From an uncultured Candidatus Saccharibacteria bacterium (GTDB lineage: Bacteria > Patescibacteriota > Minisyncoccia > UBA6257 > UBA11618), in the NCBI GenBank assembly GCA_964373915.1, contig CAYJWP010000004.1, positions 1 to 58,233 on the forward strand: a DNA stretch of 58,233 nucleotides, in the 5' to 3' direction. This document shows, in pieces, positions 21,528-29,780 of the stretch (positions are counted from its first letter, which is position 1; every line of letters starts with the position of its first letter). The notes beneath the pieces were generated by a model. It ran no database searches. It was not told where the DNA came from and was given only the letters and a program-made list of their open reading frames with translations. The position numbers and the translations under genes were made by a program.

Positions 21528-24342
21528 TTAAATATTTTTCTTCTGAAAAAAAACTTTCGGCAAACTTTTGCCCATTGCCCGCCAGCTTTTGGATAAGCTC
21601 ATCATCGGTCATAATCCGCTTTAAAATTGAGGCCAAACCAATTTTGTCTCCAGCCGCAAAAAGCAGTCCCGTCTCTCCGTCCTTAATCATATCTGGTATA
21701 CCCCCCACTCGACTGCCAATAACTGCCAAACCAGCCGCCATCGCTTCCAGAATAACCCTGCCTAATGCCTCGGAGTAAGAAGGCAAGACCAAGATAGCGC
21801 ATTCGGACATTTTTTCAGCCAGTTCTTTTTGAGAAATTTTACCCAAAAACAAAACCCTCTCTCGGTCCTTTAACTTACCTGCGTAATCTTTATCCTTCTC
21901 CTCACCAACAATAAAAAGATTAACATCTGGAAATTCAGAAGAAATTTTATCAAAAGCGTCTATTAAAATATCAACGCCTTTAAGGGGAATAATATCTCCG
22001 GCAAAAATAATATTCTTCTCGCCACTCCTTCTTTGAGCCGCCGCCTTAAAAACACTAATGTCAGTCCATGCGGGAAATTTAACAACTGTTTTACCAACGC
22101 TCCATTTTATTAATTGATCAACGGTGGCCTTAGAAACACCCCGCAAGATATCGGCTTTACTCAAAGCAAAATGCGCCATTTTTTTCATAATCCAGAAGTA
22201 AACCCTCTCTCCTAAAATTTTCTTTCGCAGAAAAACAGCTCTTTCAAAATCTCCATGGCTTTCTATAATTAATTTAATTTTTTTACCAAAAAAACTGGCA
22301 AAAATTTTTGCCCAAGCGCCGGTAAATCCTTCGTAAGAGTCTTCGGCAACAATAATCTTCGCGCCTTTTGTAAAAATAAGCCAAAGAGACAATTTCAAAC
22401 CGAAGAAAAACATTAATAATCGGCGCATAAATGCAAAGGGCAGACGAGGAGCAAGATAAAAAACAGCGTGATTTTCGAATCTTTCAAATTTTCCCCGCGT
22501 TGAATAACCTATAACAAAAATTCTTCCTAATTTTGACAAAAGAGAAAACTTTTTAGCGGAAGTCTCATCTAAAGGACAACTATATTTTGTTTTTCCTAAA
22601 AAAATAATAGCTCGCTTGGATAAAAACTTGCGCTGATAATAAAAATCCAGCCAACCGCTTAACCTTAATCTCCACCAAAGATTAGAGTGTTTAATATTAA
22701 GGCTGTCCCGATGTAAATAAAATCTATTAGCGCCCCTATTTAAGAACCCCGGCACGATAGTAAACGCCCCATTAAAATTATTTTCTTTCAAAACAGAAAC
22801 GGCTTTTTCTGAAGTATTAGATAGTTGGCCAAAAGGATAGGCGAACCAGATGATTTTTTTGCCAGTCCACTCCTCTAAAGTTTTTTTATCACTTGTTATT
22901 TCCTCCTTAGAACAATCCCTACCCAAATCCATATGGTGGACTGTATGTCCGCCGATATCAAAGAGCGAATCGCCGGCTAAATCTTTTAACTGGTCTACGG
23001 TCAAAGGAAACAGTCTTCTATTTCTTTTTAAAAATCGCTTTCTAAAATCAGCCGCCGCTCCCCCATGTAAACCGATAAATCCAGAGCAAACAAAAAATGT
23101 CGCTGGTATTTTCAACTCCCGAAGGGCTGACGCAACAATTTCATGCCAAGAAGCGTATCCATCGTCAAGTGTAATAGCAATTTTACTCTTGTTATTCTGG
23201 TCTTGTTTAAGAATCTTCTCCAAAGAAACGATTTCGTATCTTTTTTGTAGCCATTCCATTTTCTCCCTAAATTTTTTTCCATCATTAATATCATGAAAAG
23301 CAATAACTCTATTTTTCGGCCAATTTATTTCGCTGATAATTTTAAAAATAAGCGATTTTATGGAATGCCCTTCTTTTACAATCAGACTCAAATCCCCCGG
23401 CTTATCAAAAAGCAAAGCCTTATCCAATTTTTCCATCTGATCTTCAATATCCTCCCCCTTAATTATAAATTTTTCCTTTATGGCTTCTGGTAAAATCTCC
23501 TCTACGCAATTGTTCGGAGTAAGCACCGGCAAACCACACGCTAACGCTTCTACCACCGCCTTATCCAAAGCGCCATCATTAAAACTGACAAAAACCCTGT
23601 GGCTATTTAGAATTTGCGGCAGTTCATCATGCTTTGTCCGCCCGTGCCATTGCACCAAATCCTCAACCCCAAGGATTTGAGACAAATTTTTAAGGCTATC
23701 GGCGTATGCCTTATCTTTTTCCAGTACCGGGCCATAAATATGCAACTTAAGCGGAGTTTGATATTTGCGATTATAACTGGCTAAAAGTTTAATCGCCTTT
23801 TCCAGTCGCTTCACCGGAGAAATTCTGCCCACTGTCACTAAGTCCCCCGCCTTATCAAGACCTAATGGTCTGAATTCTTCCGTATCAACTCCCTGTCCAA
23901 CAATACGCACTTTGCGCGATTTTAAAGGAAAAGCATTTTTAGTAGAGGCAAATATAAGATTATCGCAAAAGTAGGCATAAAAACGCATCATTGGACCGAT
24001 GCGCGGATGCGATTTCCATTGATAAACCGGCTTCCTCCAAAATAGTTTAAAAGGCAAAAGCAATAATGGATAAGGCCCGCCCATATAAATAAAAAAATAG
24101 TCGGTCTCTTTGATGTGCTTTAATATTTCTCTGTAAAAATTAATAAATTTCGCTAACTTTCCTCCTCTTACGTGGCGGACTCCAACCTTTTCTGAAAAAT
24201 TAAAATCGCCTCTCCTTAGAGTCAGAACGGTTAATTTTTCTATGGCGGAATTTTTGCTAAATTCTTCTATCCAACTGACAGTCGTTGCCAGTATTGGATC
24301 ATTGATATCAACCGCTTCGCAGATAAAAATTACCTTGGCCAT
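21490..24342 (-). CDS. Tri-domain fusion: GT4 glycosyltransferase - NodB polysaccharide deacetylase - GT4 glycosyltransferase (950 aa)
   Basis: The N-terminal GT-B half ends with ALDKAVVEALACGLPVL. The middle has ITLDDGYASWHEIV, PATFFVCSG and GGHTVHHMDL. The C-terminus has IIFAGDIIPLKGVD, LVLPSYSEALGRVILEAMAAGLAVIGSRVGGIPDMIKDGETGLLF. Confidence 0.8.
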   Translation of the reverse strand: MAKVIFICEAVDINDPILATTVSWIEEFSKNSAIEKLTVLTLRRGDFNFSEKVGVRHVRGGKLAKFINFYREILKHIKETDYFFIYMGGPYPLLLLPFKLFWRKPVYQWKSHPRIGPMMRFYAYFCDNLIFASTKNAFPLKSRKVRIVGQGVDTEEFRPLGLDKAGDLVTVGRISPVKRLEKAIKLLASYNRKYQTPLKLHIYGPVLEKDKAYADSLKNLSQILGVEDLVQWHGRTKHDELPQILNSHRVFVSFNDGALDKAVVEALACGLPVLTPNNCVEEILPEAIKEKFIIKGEDIEDQMEKLDKALLFDKPGDLSLIVKEGHSIKSLIFKIISEINWPKNRVIAFHDINDGKKFREKMEWLQKRYEIVSLEKILKQDQNNKSKIAITLDDGYASWHEIVASALRELKIPATFFVCSGFIGLHGGAAADFRKRFLKRNRRLFPLTVDQLKDLAGDSLFDIGGHTVHHMDLGRDCSKEEITSDKKTLEEWTGKKIIWFAYPFGQLSNTSEKAVSVLKENNFNGAFTIVPGFLNRGANRFYLHRDSLNIKHSNLWWRLRLSGWLDFYYQRKFLSKRAIIFLGKTKYSCPLDETSAKKFSLLSKLGRIFVIGYSTRGKFERFENHAVFYLAPRLPFAFMRRLLMFFFGLKLSLWLIFTKGAKIIVAEDSYEGFTGAWAKIFASFFGKKIKLIIESHGDFERAVFLRKKILGERVYFWIMKKMAHFALSKADILRGVSKATVDQLIKWSVGKTVVKFPAWTDISVFKAAAQRRSGEKNIIFAGDIIPLKGVDILIDAFDKISSEFPDVNLFIVGEEKDKDYAGKLKDRERVLFLGKISQKELAEKMSECAILVLPSYSEALGRVILEAMAAGLAVIGSRVGGIPDMIKDGETGLLFAAGDKIGLASILKRIMTDDELIQKLAGNGQKFAESFFSEEKYLNDYEELFKKSVL

Positions 24343-25187
24343 TGTTTTATTTTATATCCCAATAAAAATTCTAATTCCTCAACTTCGCCTTTCAACATTT
24401 CCCAAACAATCTTTTCTTCCTCCTCGCTTAAAATCGGCTCCCGGTCGCCCCCTTTTTCAGTATTTACCTTTTTTAAAATTATGGTTGGCAGTCCACTTTT
24501 CTTAATCATCCACCACAAGCCCTGCAAACCGTTGTTCCTTAAAAAATCAGAAACATTAATAAATAATCTATCCAACCAAATAAATTTTGGTATTCTGCCT
24601 TCGTTAACTTTTTTATTAAGATAAACCGGCCGGAAATTAGCAGGTACTCCGATAAATTCATAAACTCTCCTAATAAATGACCCAGGATCTGTTAACCCGT
24701 CTTCGTAAATAAGAATTAGAATCTGGTCTTTGGGGAAAAAATTGAGATAACGTCTCAAATTTGTCGCATAGCTGCTCCTGTTTATATAATCAGGATTAAT
24801 TTTTAGGGCCTCTAAGAAAAAAGTTTCTTTGGGAATTATCCCCGACTTAATATCATTAATGAATTGGGAAAAAGTCCTCTTAACCGGATTCCTTAAAGAA
24901 ACAATTAATTTAATCTTCGGATATCTGTTAAAAATTCTCTCCGGCGTTTCTGGATGAGAAAAATAAGAGGTACTGCTTTCTCCTATGACTTTTTTCCCGC
25001 TGTATTTAGAAAATAATGATTCATACCAATCGTAGCCTCTGGCCCAGTTTTTCTCCCGGCTAAAAAAACTGGGCTCATCCATAGGAATGCCAACTTCCGG
25101 ATGCTCGTATAAGCAAGTCGTCATCCAACGCGTTCCTGATCTGCCGGCGCCTATACCAATAAAATCAGGGCTTCTTTTCATTGCCAC
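24330..25187 (-). CDS. Sulfotransferase-domain protein
   Basis: FIGIGAGRSGTRWM (5'-PSB) and VSLRNPVKRTFSQF (3'-PB, RNP-x-x-R). Confidence 0.75.
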   Translation of the reverse strand: MAMKRSPDFIGIGAGRSGTRWMTTCLYEHPEVGIPMDEPSFFSREKNWARGYDWYESLFSKYSGKKVIGESSTSYFSHPETPERIFNRYPKIKLIVSLRNPVKRTFSQFINDIKSGIIPKETFFLEALKINPDYINRSSYATNLRRYLNFFPKDQILILIYEDGLTDPGSFIRRVYEFIGVPANFRPVYLNKKVNEGRIPKFIWLDRLFINVSDFLRNNGLQGLWWMIKKSGLPTIILKKVNTEKGGDREPILSEEEEKIVWEMLKGEVEELEFLLGYKIKQWPR

Positions 25188-25245
25188 AAAATACCATTTT
25201 TAAATAGTTTTGACAATAGAAGGAAAACCATTATATTCTTCTTTT

Positions 25246-25887
25246 ATGCAATTTACCCGAAAAATATTAAACGGCTTATTCATCTGGTATGGAGGGCCAA
25301 AAAGATATCACAATATATATAAAATTATTAATGAGATAAAGCCAAAAAATATAATGGAGATAGGCACCTATAGGGGAGAAAGAGGATTGCGAATGATAAC
25401 CGAAGCTAAAAAATTTCACCCAGCAGAAGCAATTAATTATTATGGCTTTGACCTTTTTGAAGAAATGAAAGAAGAAACATTTGTTAAAGAAATTTCTAAA
25501 AATCCAATAACGGAAGAACAAACTAAAATAAAACTTGGTGAAACTGGCGCCAACATCGATCTCTTTAAGGGTTACACTTCATCAACCCTACCTCAGGCCT
25601 TTCCCCTCCTCCCTAAAATGGATTTTATTTTTATAGATGGCGGCCATAGCCTGGACACTGTCGCTAACGATTGGCAATGGTGTGAAAGGTTAATGCACGA
25701 TAACACGGTAGTCATTTTTGACGATTATTGGAACCGCGATGACGCCGGAGCAAAACCTATAATTGAAAATTTGGATAGAAATAAATACGAAGTAGCAATA
25801 TTGAATCCTCAAGATAAATTTAAAAAAGATTGGGGGGTGTTAGAAATAAATTTCGTTCGTGTCCAAAGAAAAAATACCGCGGCCTAG
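25246..25887 (+). CDS. Class I SAM-dependent methyltransferase (Methyltransf_24-like)
   Basis: Contains IMEIGTYRGERG, FIFIDGGHSLDTVANDW and VVIFDDY. ATG 25246 preferred over the track's TTG 25210. Confidence 0.65.
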   Translation: MQFTRKILNGLFIWYGGPKRYHNIYKIINEIKPKNIMEIGTYRGERGLRMITEAKKFHPAEAINYYGFDLFEEMKEETFVKEISKNPITEEQTKIKLGETGANIDLFKGYTSSTLPQAFPLLPKMDFIFIDGGHSLDTVANDWQWCERLMHDNTVVIFDDYWNRDDAGAKPIIENLDRNKYEVAILNPQDKFKKDWGVLEINFVRVQRKNTAA

Positions 25888-26468
25888 GCCAGCAACAACT
25901 CTCCCACCTCCGGCTCCGGAGAAACATTAGACTTCCACTTTAAGCATCTTTGATCACACAAACTCTCTTCGTCGCTCAAACCCAACACCCCGGCTTGGAG
26001 CATCCTTAACGGATTACCATGGCTGATGATTAAAATACTATGATTCTGGTGCTTACTATCTATGTCCCGCCAAGCCGCCAACATCCTTTCCTTTAAATCA
26101 TTTAGGTTTTCTCCTCCGGGAGGACGTTTAACAAATTTCTCCATGTCATTTTTAAAGAAACCATCCCGCTCTTTCCAAGTTCTGCCGTTAAAAATCCCGC
26201 AATCAAGCTGCCTCAAACGGTTATCGGCAAAAGCTGGAACGTTTAAATAAACGTTGACCAATCTGCAAGTTTCACAGACCCTTTTAAAAGGGGAATGGTA
26301 AATCATATGGATGTTTAATTTCACCAGCTCCTTCCCCAATCTCTCCGCTTGCTTTAAGCCCTCGGGAGTGATATTAGATTTTTCATCAGTTTCTCTGTCC
26401 GCCGATATCCAGCCACCGACATTATGGTCGGATTGGACATGACGCATAATAAGATAATTATTCCCCAT
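25884..26468 (-). CDS. Histidine phosphatase family protein (phosphoglycerate-mutase-like)
   Basis: LIMRHVQSDHN (RHG-type catalytic motif) and IISHGNPLR (second catalytic His). Start at MGNNY (26468). Confidence 0.75.
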   Translation of the reverse strand: MGNNYLIMRHVQSDHNVGGWISADRETDEKSNITPEGLKQAERLGKELVKLNIHMIYHSPFKRVCETCRLVNVYLNVPAFADNRLRQLDCGIFNGRTWKERDGFFKNDMEKFVKRPPGGENLNDLKERMLAAWRDIDSKHQNHSILIISHGNPLRMLQAGVLGLSDEESLCDQRCLKWKSNVSPEPEVGELLLA

Positions 26469-26484
26469 TTTAAAAGTCATTATA

Positions 26485-27537
26485 ATGAAAATTTTATTTA
26501 TTGTCACCCAGTCGGAATTAGGCGGCGCCCAGCGCTGGATTTTTGATACGGCTACTCATTTGGATAAAAATAAATATCAAATTGCCGTCGCCTCTGGCGG
26601 CAACGGCCCCTTGTCGGCAAATTTACAACAAAAAAATATTACCGTTTTCAGGCTCAAATATTTGGCCAGAAACATCAGTCCCTTCACCGACTTTTTTAGC
26701 TTGCTGGAAATTTACCGCCTTATTAAAAAAGAAAAACCTGGCATTTTACAGCTCTGCAGCACCAAAGCCGGTTTTCTCGGCTCCATCTCCGGCAAGCTAG
26801 CCCATGTACCAAAAATAGTCTATCGCATCGGCGGCTGGAGTTTTAATGATCCTCGCCCTCGTTGGCAAAATTTAATTTTTTTATGGCTAGAAAAATTAAC
26901 CGCGCCATTTAAAGATAAGATTATTGTCAATTCCCAATATGATTTTAATCAAGCGATTAAATTAAAAATATGTCCTAAAGAAAAATTAATTTTAATTTAT
27001 AATGGCATAAATTTGGAAGAGATAAGTAATGCTAGTGTTTTTTCTAACGATGAGACCCACCTTATAAAAATAGGCGCTATCGCTAACAACTATCCCGCTA
27101 AAGGGCTTAAATATTTATACAAAGCCATGGACTTGATAGAAAAAAATAATAAATTAGAACTTCTAGTTATTGGCAAAGGCACAAAAATTGGACCCAAAGA
27201 CGACCCTTGGCAATATTTCGCCGAACAGGGCGGTATTGGTATTTTTGTCATCCCTTCTCTTAAAGAAGGAGTCCCCTATGTTTTACTTGAAGCTATGGCC
27301 GCCGGCCTGCCGATTATTGCTACCAAAGTCGGAGGCATTCCGGAAATCATAGCCGATAGAAAAGAAGGGTTGCTCATTCCGCCTGCTAATTCTGAAAAGA
27401 TAGCCGAAGCAATAAAAACGCTTGCAGAAAATCAGGGCCTAAGAAAATCCCTAGCTCAAACCGCCAAAGAAACCGTTAAAAATTTTTCGCTGGAGAAAAT
27501 GATTGCCAAATATAGCCAATTAATACTTAATCTTTAG
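26485..27537 (+). CDS. GT4-family glycosyltransferase
   Basis: MKILFIVTQSELGGAQR and PSLKEGVPYVLLEAMAAGLPIIATKVGGIPEII (E-x7-E). Confidence 0.85.
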   Translation: MKILFIVTQSELGGAQRWIFDTATHLDKNKYQIAVASGGNGPLSANLQQKNITVFRLKYLARNISPFTDFFSLLEIYRLIKKEKPGILQLCSTKAGFLGSISGKLAHVPKIVYRIGGWSFNDPRPRWQNLIFLWLEKLTAPFKDKIIVNSQYDFNQAIKLKICPKEKLILIYNGINLEEISNASVFSNDETHLIKIGAIANNYPAKGLKYLYKAMDLIEKNNKLELLVIGKGTKIGPKDDPWQYFAEQGGIGIFVIPSLKEGVPYVLLEAMAAGLPIIATKVGGIPEIIADRKEGLLIPPANSEKIAEAIKTLAENQGLRKSLAQTAKETVKNFSLEKMIAKYSQLILNL

Positions 27538-29652
27538 AGCGATATCCAGTTCGCCCCATCGTTCTTTTTTTGTGAGTTCAATAATGATATCCATCTCTTT
27601 TACTAGATCTTCGCTTATATCTTTCATTCTGTCAGCGTTTTTAATAACCGCCTCCTTATTTCTCTGCCTAACATGATAAATAATATTACTGCTTAAAATA
27701 GTTATCATATTCTGATAGTCTGGTTCATTAAAATAAAGACGGCCCAATTCAAAAGCCTTGTTAATAGACGCTTCGCCTTCAATGCTGTGTCCTTGATTTG
27801 CTAAATATAAAATAGCGCCAAAAATATAGTGCGCTCTTCCGGAATTTGGACTAAGCTCTATTCCCTGTCTCGCTGTCGCCAAAGCCTGTTCCTTTTTTCC
27901 AGCAAGAACAAGAGAATAGGCATAAGTAAAATACAATTCCTGCCTTCTGGGCGACAGCTCTAGAGCCTTCTTCATAGCCACTTCAGCTTTAGTAAAATAA
28001 GACGCGTCAACCCGTCCTTTGTTGTTGTACATTTCCGCTAAACGAATAAATGAACGGGGACTGTAAGGTTCACGCCCCACATAATCTTCCATCGCCGCCA
28101 ACGCCTTATTAGTCAAAAGATTAAGCTCTTCTTTTGAGAAAGCGTCCGCCCTTACTAAAAGATCTACTAATTCGCCCCTGATGGTAGATTGGACGAAAGT
28201 ATAGGGCTCTAAAAAATTATCTAACTTTTCATACAAAATCTCTGTACTTCCCTGATGCCTCGTCACGTTAAAGGTTCTAGCTTGCCGATAAGGAAGGTAA
28301 TTATAGGCAAAAATAGAGTAAGCTATCGGAAGTATCATAAGCGTCATTAAAACTTGAAACCAAAAACTGGAAACAAATGAGCTGTTTTGAAACTGATTAT
28401 TTCTCTCAATAACTAATATAAAAACCAATCCCAAAGAAACGAAGAACATTAAATAACTGTTAACCTGATCAAAAACAAAAAGATTCTGAACAAAATAAGC
28501 AACGAACAAAAAACTTAGAATAGCGCTTAGTTTTTTGTCGCCGTTTTTTATTAAATAGAAAAATACCCAGCCGAATATTGTTAGATAAAGCGCTAACCCT
28601 AACAAGCCCTGCATTACTGCCACATCTAAAATCTTGTTATGGGCCCGATCAAACCATGAAGCTTCGTAGAGCAAATAGTCGGGATTGTAATATTTATTGT
28701 AGGCAATCTCCACATTCTCTAACCCCCATCCCAAAATCGGCTTTTCTTTTAAAGCTAATCCAGCTGTGCTTATTGATATCAATCTTGTCTGCACTGTCGG
28801 ATGTTTCCAAGAAACTCTGGCCACTCTATTCAATCCCGGAATCTTCTGCCACACAGAACTGCTTCTAGTCGCCCAAAAGCCAGCCATTGATAAAAAAATC
28901 AAAATTACTGCCAATAAAAGATATTTCTTGGTTAAAACAACTCGCCAATAATAAGCTCCGATAAAAACCAATCCTGCCAATAAACCTACCAAGGCTCCCC
29001 TAGTGCTTGATAAGAACAGCTCCACGAAAAAAAGAATGGCGGCTAATAAAGAGAAATACCTCCAAAAACTTCTTTTTTCTGAATTAATAAAAATTAATAT
29101 GGCTAAAGGCAGGAGAAATAAAAAATGAGTTCCCAGATAAGAAGAGTTGCCTAAGAAAGCATCGGGTCTTGGATTAACAGAGAAAGCAAAGGGAAATCTA
29201 TCCCAGCCAAAAAACTGAAGAAAGCTGTAGAAAACAATTATTGTTCCCGCAACCAGAGTGGTTTTTATATACAAAAACCACTCTCTTTTCTGAAAAACAA
29301 CCGCTGCCATTACAAAAAAAGCCAGATAATGTAGCCAGCCAAACAACCCCTCCATTCTTTCCGCCTCCCCCCAAAACGCCCGATAAACATTATCTGCCAA
29401 AAAAGTGCTTATAGCCGCTGAAACAAAAAACAACAAAACAAAAATAAACAACGGCTGTTTTATTAATGCCAGCATTCTATTTTTCAAATCAGCTCCTCTG
29501 ATAAGCTCAACTATAAATAAAATTAAACCCAACTCTACCAACGCCCTAAAGAAAAAAGCTTTTCCAGTAACAAAGGGAAAAATAAGCGACGGCGTATAAA
29601 TCAAGGGCGTAACAGCCGTTGCAAGAAGCAAAAACTTCAAAATTCTCTGCAT
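27520..29652 (-). CDS. Wzy_C (O-antigen ligase/O-oligosaccharyltransferase-like) polytopic membrane protein with C-terminal TPR domain
   Basis: 710 aa, about 12 TM. GWGLENVEIAYNKYYNPDYLLYEASWFDRAHN lies in a periplasmic-type loop. The C-terminal ~230 aa has TPR-like A/Y/G-spaced repeats. Confidence 0.75.
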   Translation of the reverse strand: MQRILKFLLLATAVTPLIYTPSLIFPFVTGKAFFFRALVELGLILFIVELIRGADLKNRMLALIKQPLFIFVLLFFVSAAISTFLADNVYRAFWGEAERMEGLFGWLHYLAFFVMAAVVFQKREWFLYIKTTLVAGTIIVFYSFLQFFGWDRFPFAFSVNPRPDAFLGNSSYLGTHFLFLLPLAILIFINSEKRSFWRYFSLLAAILFFVELFLSSTRGALVGLLAGLVFIGAYYWRVVLTKKYLLLAVILIFLSMAGFWATRSSSVWQKIPGLNRVARVSWKHPTVQTRLISISTAGLALKEKPILGWGLENVEIAYNKYYNPDYLLYEASWFDRAHNKILDVAVMQGLLGLALYLTIFGWVFFYLIKNGDKKLSAILSFLFVAYFVQNLFVFDQVNSYLMFFVSLGLVFILVIERNNQFQNSSFVSSFWFQVLMTLMILPIAYSIFAYNYLPYRQARTFNVTRHQGSTEILYEKLDNFLEPYTFVQSTIRGELVDLLVRADAFSKEELNLLTNKALAAMEDYVGREPYSPRSFIRLAEMYNNKGRVDASYFTKAEVAMKKALELSPRRQELYFTYAYSLVLAGKKEQALATARQGIELSPNSGRAHYIFGAILYLANQGHSIEGEASINKAFELGRLYFNEPDYQNMITILSSNIIYHVRQRNKEAVIKNADRMKDISEDLVKEMDIIIELTKKERWGELDIALKIKY

Positions 29653-29691
29653 AATATTCTTTGGATATATTAATCAAAACAACGATAAAAC

Positions 29692-29727
29692 AAAAGCCCC
29701 CGTCCGCCGACTGGCGGAGCGGGGGGC
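29692..29727 (-). terminator. Intrinsic terminator after the 1136-aa surface-protein gene
   Basis: Minus strand reads GCCCCCCGCTCCGCC-AGTC-GGCGGACGGGGGC followed by TTTTGTTTT. Confidence 0.75.
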
Positions 29728-29780
29728 TTTTGTTTCGTTTCAGTCGTTACAGATTTACAGATATTCAGCTTTCAAGACTA

